Positions 32,680 through 43,578 of a stretch of DNA of 64,000 nucleotides are shown here, piece by piece (positions within the stretch are counted from its first letter, which is position 1; every line of letters begins with the position of its first letter). This stretch comes from an uncultured Planctomycetota bacterium (GTDB lineage Bacteria; Planctomycetota; Planctomycetia; Pirellulales; Lacipirellulaceae). Position numbers and translations under genes: made by a program. The notes under the pieces were generated by a model, which was given only the letters and a program-made list of their open reading frames with translations, ran no database searches and was not told where the DNA came from. The stretch is from positions 224,001-288,000 of the forward strand of contig CAVRBU010000002.1 in assembly GCA_963719315.1 (NCBI GenBank), given 5' to 3'.

Positions 32680-33813
32680 ATGAATCGCAAATCAGCTTTG
32701 CTGAGCTTGGCGAGCATCGTGATCGCATCGAGTGTAGGGCCCGGGACCGCCCGAGCCCTACACTTCGATGTCCTGGTTGAGCAAATGAACGGCAAATTAG
32801 TTACGGGCACGGCCGACTATGATCACGATCTATGGACGCTGGGCGAGCGCATTTTCCATCGCGACTTCGGCAGCACCTACGCCAACAACAATCCAGGGTT
32901 TAGCTCCATCGGCGCCGGTTCGCCTGATATGCCGGCCGGCGCACAAGCGTTGACCGGCAATATGCCGCTGTCGTGGGACTTTTTGCCGATGACGATTACT
33001 AATGGTAATAACAGCCTTTCGAAGAATCTGTTCTATTGGAACGGACAAGATACCGATAGCGTCCCGGGCCTCACGCCAAACGATGTGAAGTTCGGCGCAC
33101 TTCCCGGACCGAATTACACGCTGACGCTTTTTGACATCAATAATGGCGGACACGCGACAGACGGTACGAATACGATCGTCCCCGGTGGCACTATTGCTAC
33201 GACGGGCTCCGATGGATTCATACACCAGCATCTGTATTACTTCCTGCAAGATAACGACGGCAACAGTGGCACGACGCCAGCGGATGGGCTTTACTTGATC
33301 GCGATGCGGTTGAAGTTGCCCGGCCTTACCGATTCCTTGCCCGTGTTCTTCATTTTTGGCACGCCCGGCTCGTCGGTCTCAGCAGAGGACGATGCGGCCG
33401 TCCCCTGGGTCGAGCAGCAACTCAATCTATCAGGCGATTACAACCAGAATGGCGGCGTCGATGCGGCGGATTACGTTCTCTGGCGCGAAACGAACGGCCA
33501 AAGCGGTTCTGGACTAGCGGCCGATGGCGACGGCAATCAGCGCGTCGATCAGGACGACTACAGTTTCTGGAGGCAGCACTTCGGCCAAACCTCTCACCTG
33601 ATTGTTGGCACGGGTTCCGGTTCGAGTATCACTGCTGGCTTGACCAGTATTTCCGCTGTGCCGGAACCTTGTGAGGCTCAACTCCTACTCATGACAACGA
33701 TCGGCTTGATGGGAACCAGGAGATTTTGGCCGCTTCGGTATCGCGTTCGTATTTTCAACATCCTGCCACTACAATCTAGCCGTAACGGCTCCCTTCCAAT
33801 TCGCTGGAGGTAA
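32680..33813 (+). CDS. PEP-CTERM surface protein with HxH motif and dockerin-like repeat
   Basis: HFDV, NNPGF, LFYWNG, HQHL, PADGLYL, GDYNQNGGVDAADY..WR, VPEP. Confidence 0.85.
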   Translation: MNRKSALLSLASIVIASSVGPGTARALHFDVLVEQMNGKLVTGTADYDHDLWTLGERIFHRDFGSTYANNNPGFSSIGAGSPDMPAGAQALTGNMPLSWDFLPMTITNGNNSLSKNLFYWNGQDTDSVPGLTPNDVKFGALPGPNYTLTLFDINNGGHATDGTNTIVPGGTIATTGSDGFIHQHLYYFLQDNDGNSGTTPADGLYLIAMRLKLPGLTDSLPVFFIFGTPGSSVSAEDDAAVPWVEQQLNLSGDYNQNGGVDAADYVLWRETNGQSGSGLAADGDGNQRVDQDDYSFWRQHFGQTSHLIVGTGSGSSITAGLTSISAVPEPCEAQLLLMTTIGLMGTRRFWPLRYRVRIFNILPLQSSRNGSLPIRWR

Positions 33814-33817
33814 TGCC

Positions 33818-34843
33818 ATGTCACGAACTGCGCATCAATATCCTTGTCGCGCGACAGCTTTTACGCTCGTCGAACTTCTAGTCGTAATTGCCATTATTGG
33901 CACAGTCGTTGCATTGCTGCTTCCCGCCGTCCAGGCGGCGCGCGAAGCGGCCCGCTCCGCCCAGTGCAAAAACCACCTCAAGCATATCGGCCTGGCCACG
34001 CTGCAGTTCAACGATACCTATCAGGCATTTCCACCGGCGAGATTAAAATCCCGCGGCTTCCAATCGGTGATCTGCGAATCCACGCAACCCTCCTGGCTCG
34101 TACGCATTCTGCCGTTCTTAGAGGAGTCTAGCCAATACGCACGATGGGGTGTCTACAACACGTTCGAGAGTCATCCGGCAAACGTCCGCGAATTCATTCC
34201 AACCGCTTACATCTGCCCCACGCGCCGGTCGATGACCGAGGCGGTGATCGACTCCGGCACGGCATTGCAGCCTTTCACTTATCCCTGCGGGTGCGGCGGC
34301 AACCAGGTCGTTAAGCTCATAGGTGGAGCGGTGGGCGATTACGGCGGCAACCACGGCGACTTCACCGGCGGCTCCACGGGCAGCGATTCCGATTACTACA
34401 ACGGCGGCAATGGTACGGGCGTCATTATTTCGAGCCGCCCGCTCTGCCGCGACACCGCGCCGGCCGGCTGGCTCGACAAAATCCGCCACAAGGATCTGCT
34501 CGATGGCGCGAGCAAGACATTCCTCGCCGGTGAGATGCACGTCCCTCTCGGCCGCGTCGCCCAGGTGCCCGAGAACCGCCCGATCTACAATGGCCTCGAT
34601 TTGCCCGCCTTCGCCCGCATCGGCGGCCCCGGCATCCCAGTGGCCCGCAGCGCCGATGATACGTACATTCCTATTATCGGCTTCGGAAGTTGGCATCCGG
34701 GTGTTTGTCCGTTCGTATTGGCGGATGGGTCCGTCGATTCGATCGATAACTTTATCGATACCGAGGTTCTACGCGCGTATTGTCACCGCGCCGATGGTGG
34801 TCAGGCTGCGGCACCGCCCCAGAAACAATCCACCGTGAATTGA
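33818..34843 (+). CDS. DUF1559 prepilin-type protein
   Basis: [44 protein letters not shown]....LADGSV. Confidence 0.92.
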   Translation: MSRTAHQYPCRATAFTLVELLVVIAIIGTVVALLLPAVQAAREAARSAQCKNHLKHIGLATLQFNDTYQAFPPARLKSRGFQSVICESTQPSWLVRILPFLEESSQYARWGVYNTFESHPANVREFIPTAYICPTRRSMTEAVIDSGTALQPFTYPCGCGGNQVVKLIGGAVGDYGGNHGDFTGGSTGSDSDYYNGGNGTGVIISSRPLCRDTAPAGWLDKIRHKDLLDGASKTFLAGEMHVPLGRVAQVPENRPIYNGLDLPAFARIGGPGIPVARSADDTYIPIIGFGSWHPGVCPFVLADGSVDSIDNFIDTEVLRAYCHRADGGQAAAPPQKQSTVN

Positions 34844-34934
34844 TGCATCGTCTGCCGTAGCTGAATCGCATGAATTCGGCCTGCATTTACTCAGACTGAA
34901 CTCTTGCGAGTCCAGCTACACGATGGTTTGCAAC

Positions 34935-35441
34935 ATGTCTCGTCCTACCACTGCACTGCTGCTGACGCTGTCCTTTCTTTTCACTGGTTGCTCCGGCCGC
35001 GTCGCCACGTATCCGGTTTCGGGAACCGTGCAATTCGACGATGGTGAGCCGGTTCGCATCGGCTTCGTCGAATTTCGCTGCCCGGATACCGGCGTCTCCG
35101 CTCGTGCCAAGCTGAGCGACTCAGGGGCATTTTCGTTAGGTACCTTTGGCGCTAACGATGGAGCTCCCGCCGGCGACTATCAAGTCATTATCGTGCAATA
35201 TTTTAATGCGCCGCCACCGGGCCACGTACACTCGCATGCTGACCACGAAGCGGACGAGCATGACGTAACTAGATCGCACGATGTGACCGACCACGACCAA
35301 CACGCTCACGATGGCAAGCCGGATGCCCGCATAGCCGCCAAATTCAGCGATTACTCAACGTCGCCTCTTAAGGCCAAAGTGCGATCGGACGCCGATAACA
35401 AACTCAGCTTTGTAGTAGTGCATCCAGCAACAGGAAAATAG
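34935..35441 (+). CDS. DUF1559-associated lipoprotein (carboxypeptidase-regulatory-like fold) with His-rich insert
   Basis: Lipobox FTGC, YPVSGTV, GAPAGDY.V, HVHSHADHEADEHD...HD..DHDQHAHD. Confidence 0.8.
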   Translation: MSRPTTALLLTLSFLFTGCSGRVATYPVSGTVQFDDGEPVRIGFVEFRCPDTGVSARAKLSDSGAFSLGTFGANDGAPAGDYQVIIVQYFNAPPPGHVHSHADHEADEHDVTRSHDVTDHDQHAHDGKPDARIAAKFSDYSTSPLKAKVRSDADNKLSFVVVHPATGK

Positions 35442-35640
35442 GCTGTGTGGCAGTTTAACGATTTTGCTTAATCGCACATGACAGTGATTCACCGTTCTTT
35501 CATACTGGGACCGGGAAAAGTGTCAGGCATGAAAGGATATGTCGGCCAGAAGTGGGCGATGCCAACTCCTACAAGACGCCTTTTGCCGGGGCTGCTACGG
35601 CATGGGGAGCATGCCTGCTACACTTCAGATGTGTGATCCC

Positions 35641-36099
35641 ATGAATTCATCCCTAACCAGCACCGAAACGACTGGCGTGATTCTAGTAGATCACGGTTCG
35701 CGCAGGGACGCGAGCAATGCGATGTTGCTCGACGTGGTGCGGAGCTTTGTGGAGGGCAGCGGGATGCCGATTGTCGAGCCGGCTCATATGGAGTTGGCGG
35801 AGCCTTCGATTGCGACGGCGTTTGCGCGGTGCGTGGAGCGCGGCGCTACGCTGGTGGTTGTGTTTCCTTACTTCTTGCTGCCGGGGCGGCATTGGAGTGA
35901 GGATATTCCGCGGCTGGCGGCGGCGGCGGCTGAGCGGCATCCGGGTGTTCGGTACCTGGTGACGGCCCCGTTCGGTCTGCATCCATTGATGGCACAGGTG
36001 ATCGAGCAGCGGATCGAGCATTGTTTGGCGCACACGCAGGGAAACGCCGATGCTTGCGAACTGTGTGCTGGCACCGATCACTGCCAGTTGCGCGGGTAG
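35641..36099 (+). CDS. Small CbiX/SirB-type chelatase domain protein
   Basis: VDHGSR, AHMELAEPSI, PYFLLPGRH..EDIP, PFGLHP; C-terminal CELC...C. Confidence 0.88.
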   Translation: MNSSLTSTETTGVILVDHGSRRDASNAMLLDVVRSFVEGSGMPIVEPAHMELAEPSIATAFARCVERGATLVVVFPYFLLPGRHWSEDIPRLAAAAAERHPGVRYLVTAPFGLHPLMAQVIEQRIEHCLAHTQGNADACELCAGTDHCQLRG

Positions 36100-36252
36100 T
36101 TCGGATTGAGTCGCATGGTGCGCGCGGACGATAGAAACTAATGAATCTGGATCAAGCGCCTGCTCCCTGAGGGAGACGGTCGGGGTTGAGTGCGAACTAT
36201 CAAGGCGCCCTCACGCTGCCCTCTCCCAAAGGAAGAGGGGTTGATGCAGAAA

Positions 36253-36385
36253 CTAGTGCTTTGTCACAGCTTGATTTTGGGATTAGCCACGGGCGCTAGC
36301 CCCCGGTTGGAGCGGCACAAACCGGGGGCTAGCGCCCTGCGGCTGATGCGCTCAACCCCAATTTTTAGCTGTGACAAAGCACTAG
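36253..36385. mobile_element. 133-bp MITE, copy 2
   Basis: Perfect inverted ends CTAGTGCTTTGTCACAGCT / AGCTGTGACAAAGCACTAG; near-identical to 21556-21688. Confidence 0.88.
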
Positions 36386-36533
36386 GACCGACCCAGCATT
36401 GCGACGAACCCAGTAACCCGTTTTTTTGTCGCAGCCACGTGGCAACGTCCGTCGTGGCGGACGCGCATGCGAGTCTCGGAGAGACTCGCCTACGTGGCGC
36501 CTGCTTCTCTACGTTTCCAAGGAAGGAATTGTC

Positions 36534-37610
36534 ATGAAACGCATTTTGCCTGCGATTGCGCTGATGTGTTGCGCGGTCGTCGCCACCTCGAAGGTCGAGC
36601 GTGCCGGCGCCGCCGAGCCGTTCGTGCCCGGCACTGGTGAGTTTTTGCAGGACTGCTGCGACGACTTCGAAAACGAGAATTGGAGCTATCGCTATAACCA
36701 CCCCAAGAGCAGCTACGAACAGGATGAACAGCAGCGCAGACCGGGCGGGATGTCGAACAACGGCCTGTGGCACGAAGGCGGGAAGCGGGGCACGCCCGAT
36801 GTGGTGAAGCGCGTGGCGACGCCCCCTGGCGGCCTCGACGGCAGCATCGGCGCGCTGATGTTCGCCACGAAAAACTCCGGCATCCCCGGCAAGTACAGCA
36901 ACTCGCAACAGCAAGACGACCTGTTGATGATGTGCAATCGCCGGCTCGGGCGGTCGATTCCGATGGCCTGGCAGCCAAGCTGCACGGTGCGGGTTTATTT
37001 GCCCGAATGGGAAAAGTGGGAGAAGCGTTCGGGGCCGTCGTTTGGCATGCGGGCCGATTGCTCGGGCCGTAACCCGGACGGCACGACCGAAGAGTATTGG
37101 CCCGGCATCTTCATTTTGTTCCACAAGAAAACGAACAAAGAAGGCGACGCGGACGGGGCCAAGTTGACGATTCGCGGCGACAAGCTCGGCCGCGACGTGC
37201 GCAGCGTGGATATCAAGGAACCGGGCTGGTGGACGCTCGGCATGTCGTTCACCACCGACGGCCAGATACATTATTACGGCCATGCAGGCGTGGCGGACCT
37301 GACGGCCGAAGACCACTTGATGTCGAGCTATCCGTACAGCATGAAGTGCCTGGCGTTCAACAACTTTTTCTTCAACGTGGCCAACTGGGACAACGGGCGC
37401 ACGTGGTCGACGCCGTGGGTGATCGACGACCCGAAGATTTACGTGATTACGCCGCCGGGCCAGTCGGTCGCCCAACTGTATCGCATCAAGAAGAAGCCAC
37501 AGCAGCGGCAAGTGACGCGAAAGGGCTCGCTGCAGCAGCCGGATTCGGTTTCGCGGCCGTCATCGGCGTCGAATGCGGCGTCGGCTTCGCGCGGGAGGAC
37601 GCAGCGGTAG
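36534..37610 (+). CDS. Secreted hypothetical protein
   Basis: Signal peptide, Trp/Gly-rich beta-type body, AAGGA RBS, strong GC3 codon bias. Confidence 0.75.
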   Translation: MKRILPAIALMCCAVVATSKVERAGAAEPFVPGTGEFLQDCCDDFENENWSYRYNHPKSSYEQDEQQRRPGGMSNNGLWHEGGKRGTPDVVKRVATPPGGLDGSIGALMFATKNSGIPGKYSNSQQQDDLLMMCNRRLGRSIPMAWQPSCTVRVYLPEWEKWEKRSGPSFGMRADCSGRNPDGTTEEYWPGIFILFHKKTNKEGDADGAKLTIRGDKLGRDVRSVDIKEPGWWTLGMSFTTDGQIHYYGHAGVADLTAEDHLMSSYPYSMKCLAFNNFFFNVANWDNGRTWSTPWVIDDPKIYVITPPGQSVAQLYRIKKKPQQRQVTRKGSLQQPDSVSRPSSASNAASASRGRTQR

Positions 37611-37736
37611 GAAGAGAGTGGGGAGTGGGGAATGGGGAGTGAGAAGGATCAAATTCTGGGATTTTGCTTGCAACTCTTGTTTACGAATGCTCGCTCCTCG
37701 TTCCTCGCATCTCGCTCCTTCCTATAGAATGCGGCG

Positions 37737-40700
37737 ATGGCCGCAACGCGTTGGGAATTTTGGATTGATGTCGGTGGTACGTTCACCGATTGCCTGGCGA
37801 AGTCCCCCGACGGGGGACTGCTGCGGCACAAATTGTTGAGTTCAGGCGTGACGAAGGGCCGCGTTGGTAGCGGTTCTTCGCCACGTTTTATTTTGGATGC
37901 GGCGCGGGGCGGCGATCCGGTAGATTTTTGGACCGGTTGGCGGCTGACCATCGTTGGCGACGATGGGAAGGAAGTCGACGCGGCCCACGTGACAGGCTTT
38001 GAGCCGCAACGCGGGCTGCTGAAATTGAGCGGGCTGGCGACACAACCCTCGCCAAATGCCTCTTACGAACTGCGCTGCGAACTTGAAGCGCCGGTCATCG
38101 CCGTTCGGTATCTGTTGGGGTTGCCGCTGGAACAGCCGGCGCCGCCGCTGCATTTGCGTCTCGGAACAACGCGCGGTACGAACGCCCTCATCACGCTCAG
38201 CGGCGCGCGAACGGCGCTCGCAACGACGCGCGGCTTCGGCGATGTATTGGAAATCGGCTACCAAGCGCGGCCGCGGCTCTTCGATCTGACAATCCGCAAG
38301 CCACCCCCGATAGCGGAGTCGGTCGTCGAAGTCGACGAGCGAGTCACGCACGACGGCGCGATCCTGGCAGCGCCCAGAGAATCGGCGGTTCGGGAACAGC
38401 TCAGCGCGTTGCTCGACGTGGGCGTCGAATCGCTGGCAATTTGCCTGCTGCACGCCGATCGCCATCGCGCCCATGAGCAACTGGTAACGCGCATTGCGCA
38501 CGAAGTCGGCTTTCGCGAAATCAGCGTGTCGCACATTGTAGCCCCTTTGCCGAAGTTTGTCGCGCGGGCCGATACAACGGTGGTTGATGCGTATTTGAAT
38601 CCTGTCCTGCGCGAGTATGTGTTGCGGCTGCGGAAGGAATTGCCCGGCAGCACGCTGCGGATTCTCACGTCGGCCGGTGGATTGGTCGCGGGCGAACAGT
38701 TCTGCGGCAAGGACAGCATCCTTTCGGGGCCGGCGGGGGGCGTCGTGGGTTTTTCACGCGTGGCGCAGGCGGCAGGGTTTGAGTGTGCGATCGGCTTCGA
38801 TATGGGCGGAACGAGCACGGATGTGTCGCGGTTCGACGGACGTTACGACCTCGAATACGAAACTCAAAAGGCCGGCGTGCGACTGGTGGCTCCGACGTTG
38901 GCGATCGAAACCGTTGCGGCCGGCGGCGGTTCGCTTTGTCGATTCGATGGTGTGAAGCTCGTGGTCGGGCCAGAGAGCGCTGGCGCCGACCCCGGGCCCG
39001 CTTGTTACGGGCGCGGCGGACCGCTGACGGTGACGGACGTGAATTTGTATTTGAAGCGGATCGTGCCGGAGCGGTTTCCGATTCCGCTCGATCGGGCGGC
39101 GACGGAGCGGAGGCTGCGGGAGCTGGCGGGAGAGATGGAAGGGTCACTGGCCGCTGAAGCGGCCAGTCCGTCGTCGGAGGCGTATTCGCTCGAGGCGTTG
39201 GCGGCGGGATTGTTGCGGATTGCGAATGCCAATATGGCGTCGGCAATTCGCAGCGTGACGGTGGCCAAGGGAGCGGATCCGGCGGAGTACGTGCTCGTGG
39301 CGTTCGGCGGCGCGGCGGCCCAACACGCGTGTGCGGTCGCGCGCGAATTGGGGATTCGGCAAGTCCTGATTCATCCGGAGGCCGGCGTGCTCAGCGCATT
39401 GGGAATCGGATTGGCCGATGTGACGCGGCATCGTTCGTGCGGGATCGAGCAGCCGCTGGACGAATCATCGCTCGCCACCGCGCGCGAGCAGTTGGAGGAG
39501 CTAGAGAGCAAGGCAATTGAGGAAGTGCACCGCGAAGTTGTCGAGCAAGTTTTTTCCACTCGGTCACTCGACCTGAGTTACGAAGGCGTCAACAGTGTTT
39601 TGACAATCGATTGGCCTGAACACGGCGATTTCTCCGCGGCATTTGCGGACGCGCATCGACGGCGGTACGGCTATATTCATGCCGGCAAATCGCTCACGAT
39701 CGTGGCCGCGCGCGTGGCGGTGGTTGGACATGTGGCCAACGCACTGACGCCGAGTCGCCGAGTCAACTCTCAACATCCAATCGCTCGGCGCGCTGCGACC
39801 GCATACTTCGATGGCGCTTGGTGCGAAGCGCGCGTTTACGAACGAACCGAACTAGCGCCGGGGGATCGCATTTTTGGTCCCGCTATCGTGACGGAGGATA
39901 TCTCCACGACGGTCATCGATCCCGACTGGCAGGCGGAAGTGCTCTCCGCAGGAGAGCTGCTGCTGACCGACGAAGCAAAACGCGAAGTGGAACAGCCGAA
40001 ATCGAATTTCGCAGCTTCGGCGTTGCCCGACCCGGTGCTGCTGGAAATCTTCAACAATCACCTGACCAGTATCGCGGAGCAGATGGGCGTGACGTTGCGG
40101 AACACCGCCAGTAGCGTGAATGTGAAGGAGCGGCTGGACTATCAGTTGCGCGATATTTACGGGCGACGGTCGGCTGGCGGCGAACGCGGCGCACGTGCCG
40201 GTGCATCTGGGGGCGATGGAAGAGACGGTTCGAGCGACAATTGCCGCCAATTCGGATTTGCAGCCGGGTGACGTGATTGCGACCAACGATCCTTACGCCG
40301 GTGGATCGCATTTGCCCGATGTGACGGTGATCTCGCCAATCCACGATTCGGCCACCGGTGAACTGCGATTCTTCACGGCGAATCGCGCCCACCACGCCGA
40401 GATCGGCGGCATGGTGCCGGGTTCCATGCCGCCACATTCGAAAAACCTGGCTGAGGAAGGCGTGCTGCTTCAAAATCTCAAAATCGTGGCGGCGGGCGAA
40501 TCGCGGTTTGATGCATTGCGGGCTGCGCTCGCTTCGGGCCTCTACCCTTCGCGCGATGTCGCCACGAATTTGGCCGATGTGGCGGCGCAAGTGGCCGCGA
40601 ATCGGCAGGGGGCGAACGACCTGGCAAGTTTGATCGAACGGTACACGTGGCCGGTAGTTGAGCAATACATGAATTTCGTACAGGAGGCGGCGGAGCGCAA

Positions 40701-41601
40701 GGTTCGTCTTGCTCTCGGGCGGCTGCCGGCTGGAACGCACGCGTTTACAGATTATTTGGAGACCGCCGACGGAGCAAGCGTGCCGATTTGTGTGCATTTT
40801 ACCATTCATGAAGCGGGGCACACTCCGGCCGCGACGATCGATTTCACGGGTACCGCGCCGGTCATGTGTGGCAATCTCAACGCGAACCGAGCTATTGTCA
40901 CGGCCGCTGTGATGTATGTGCTGCGGCTGCTCGTCGATGAGGATATTCCGCTCAATCACGGTGCGCTACGACCGATTGAGATCGTGCTGCCGCCCTGTTT
41001 TCTGAACCCGGAGCGAGGGCAGACGCCCGAAACTACGCCGGCCGTGGCGGGCGGGAATGTGGAAACGTCGCAACGCGTGGTCGATGTGCTGCTCGGCGCG
41101 TTGGGCGTGGCGGCCGCCAGCCAAGGCACCATGAATAATGTGGTATTCGGAGACGCGGAGTTTGGCTATTACGAAACGATCTGTGGCGGAAGTGGAGCGA
41201 CGGCCGATGGCCCTGGCGCGAGTGCCGTGCAAGTCCATATGACCAACACGCGACTCACCGATCCGGAAATTCTTGAACGGCGGTATCCCGTGCGGGTCCG
41301 CGAGTATTCAATCCGGCGCGGCTCGGGCGGGAAGGGAAAACAACACGGCGGCGACGGCGTGGTGCGACACATTGAATTCTTACGGCCGCTCACGCTGTCG
41401 TTGCTCACGCAGCGGCGGGGACCGTATCCGCCGTTTGGTATGGCGGGCGGCAGACCGGGCGCATTGGGCCGCAACCGGCTGCGACGGGCGGATGGAACGG
41501 TGCTGGAATTGGGCGGAATCGCTCAACTCGAGGTCGCGGCAGGCGATATATTAATGATTGAAACCCCCGGCGGCGGCGGGTTTGGAAGGCCGAGTACCTA
41601 A
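37737..41601 (+). CDS. 5-oxoprolinase (fused hydantoinase A/B), frameshift near 40143
   Basis: [69 protein letters not shown]. Confidence 0.92.
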
Positions 41602-41628
41602 TCGGCCCGACCAATATGGTCGGGCTAT

Positions 41629-42465
41629 ATGAATATGATCCGACGCGAAATTGAATTGGCAGAGAATGAGAAGCTTTGGCTGTTAATCTCACAGGTTGAC
41701 CACGCCCACGTTAGCGGCGATTTGACGCGACACGGAAACAACAGGTTTTCGCGAGAAGTAATCGACGCGATCACGCATCACGACGATGGATGGTCGGAGT
41801 GGGAAGCAGTGCCGAAACTGAACCCGAAAATCGGCGGCCCGTATTCGTTTCTCGAGATGCCGCTGCCCGAGTCGCTGGTGATTTGGGATAACTCGATCGC
41901 GGCGGCCCGGAAATTTGGACCGCTGGCCGGGTTTATCGTGGCAGGGCACTTTTATAATTTGCTGAGCGAGTCGGACCATGCGCGGGAGGCGGCAGCCGTT
42001 GCGTGGTTGGCAGCGAAGCGAAAGGCACGCACGGCCTGGCTCGACGAATGGGTACGAGCAAATCCCGCGAACTCGCTTGCTGAGACCAAGCGCGCACAAC
42101 ATCAATTGCTAATTGCCGACCTATTCAGCTTGTGGCTCTGCTGCGACGCGCCGACCGCGGCGGAGGACGCCAGCGTGCTCGAGCAATCGCCCATGAAGTT
42201 GCGTACGGAGAAGCTGCTGGACGAATATCATTTCGCTCCCGTCGGCTTTGGACGACGGCATCCGACGCCAGCGAATCCACAGGAGGCACTCGCCTGGGTG
42301 ATCGCCGTGGACCCGTATCCATTCAGCACTTCACCGATTACGCTGGCCCTAACGGCTGACTTAGTCCCCGTGTCAAATTACGCGAGCTGGCAAGAATTGA
42401 AGGCCGCGAGCCGTCGAATCGAGCTTCGCTGGCGGCTGATTCCGCCCGCCGCCGCGAATGCCTGA
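41629..42465 (+). CDS. DUF3891 family protein
   Basis: ISQVDHAHVSG, AITHHDDGW, D.FSLWLC, VDPYPF. Confidence 0.75.
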   Translation: MNMIRREIELAENEKLWLLISQVDHAHVSGDLTRHGNNRFSREVIDAITHHDDGWSEWEAVPKLNPKIGGPYSFLEMPLPESLVIWDNSIAAARKFGPLAGFIVAGHFYNLLSESDHAREAAAVAWLAAKRKARTAWLDEWVRANPANSLAETKRAQHQLLIADLFSLWLCCDAPTAAEDASVLEQSPMKLRTEKLLDEYHFAPVGFGRRHPTPANPQEALAWVIAVDPYPFSTSPITLALTADLVPVSNYASWQELKAASRRIELRWRLIPPAAANA

Positions 42466-42598
42466 AGCGAACTGTGCGACCTTGTGGAACGTCGCAGAAT
42501 CGGGATAATCCTGGAGTTATACAGAGAAATTGTCGGCGAGGGGGTCCCGCGAGCGGGCCGGCAATCACACCATTCCCGATTCACGAAGCAGGTGAAAC

Positions 42599-43540
42599 AT
42601 GCCACGCAACAAAACATTCGATAGCATCGCTCAAGCCATCGGCGACACGCCGATGATCCGACTCAACCGGGTCATTCCGCCTGGCCAAGCCACCGTGTTT
42701 GCCAAGTGCGAGTTCTTTCAACCGCTCAACAGCGTGAAGGACCGGATAGGCGTCTCGATGATCGAGGCCGGCGAGCGCGACGGCAAGGTCACAAAAGACA
42801 CCGTGATCGTCGAGCCGACGAGCGGCAACACGGGCATCGCGTTGGCTTTTGTGTGCGCGGCCAAGGGTTACAAGCTGATCCTCACGATGCCGGAATCAAT
42901 GTCGGTCGAACGCCGGGCGCTATTGCGATTCATGGGCGCGGAGTTAGTGCTGACGCCGGCATCCGAGGGCATGAAGGGCGCGATCGCCAAAGCGACGCAG
43001 ATCGTCGAGAGCACGCCGAATGCTTGGATGCCGCAGCAATTCGACAACCCCGCCAATCCTGCCATTCACGAGAAGACGACGGGCCCAGAGATTTGGGAAG
43101 ACTCTGGCCACAACATCGACGCGATCGTGGCGGGCGTCGGCACGGGCGGCACGATTACCGGTGTGGCCCGGTACATAAAACCGAAAAATCCGAACTTCAA
43201 AGCGATCGCCGTTGAACCGGTAGATTCGCCGGTGATCACCGGCGGCAAGCCGGGACCACATAAGATTCAAGGAATTGGCGCCGGCTTCATTCCAAAAAAC
43301 CTCGACACGTCGCTCGTGGACGAAACCGTCCTAGTGAGCAACGAAGAAGCGTTCCAGTGGTCGCGTCGCTTGGCGAAGGAAGAGGGAATCGTGGCCGGCA
43401 TTTCGAGCGGAGCCAATGTTTGCGCCGCGGCGAAGGTGGCGGCCCGGCCCGAGTACAAAGGGAAGCGGATTTGCGTGATCATTCCGAGCCTGGGCGAGCG
43501 GTATCTATCGACGCCGCTGTTCGAAGGGCTGACCGGGTAG
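42599..43540 (+). CDS. cysK: Cysteine synthase A
   Basis: SVKDRI, EPTSGNTG, GVGTGGT, HKIQGIGAGF, GERYLST. Confidence 0.96.
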   Translation: MPRNKTFDSIAQAIGDTPMIRLNRVIPPGQATVFAKCEFFQPLNSVKDRIGVSMIEAGERDGKVTKDTVIVEPTSGNTGIALAFVCAAKGYKLILTMPESMSVERRALLRFMGAELVLTPASEGMKGAIAKATQIVESTPNAWMPQQFDNPANPAIHEKTTGPEIWEDSGHNIDAIVAGVGTGGTITGVARYIKPKNPNFKAIAVEPVDSPVITGGKPGPHKIQGIGAGFIPKNLDTSLVDETVLVSNEEAFQWSRRLAKEEGIVAGISSGANVCAAAKVAARPEYKGKRICVIIPSLGERYLSTPLFEGLTG

Positions 43541-43578
43541 GCCAACCGCCAGAATGTCTTACCTCAAGCGGCGTGCGA

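Noticed and set aside
36264..37511. 415-aa minus-strand ORF and similar long antisense ORFs (e.g. 28335..29501, 40051..40959)
   Set aside because: GC-rich shadow frames of well-supported genes on the other strand
37613..37642. G-rich GGGGAGT/GGGGAAT heptamers as a functional G-quadruplex
   Set aside because: Only three G4 tracts; better explained as another intergenic heptamer array
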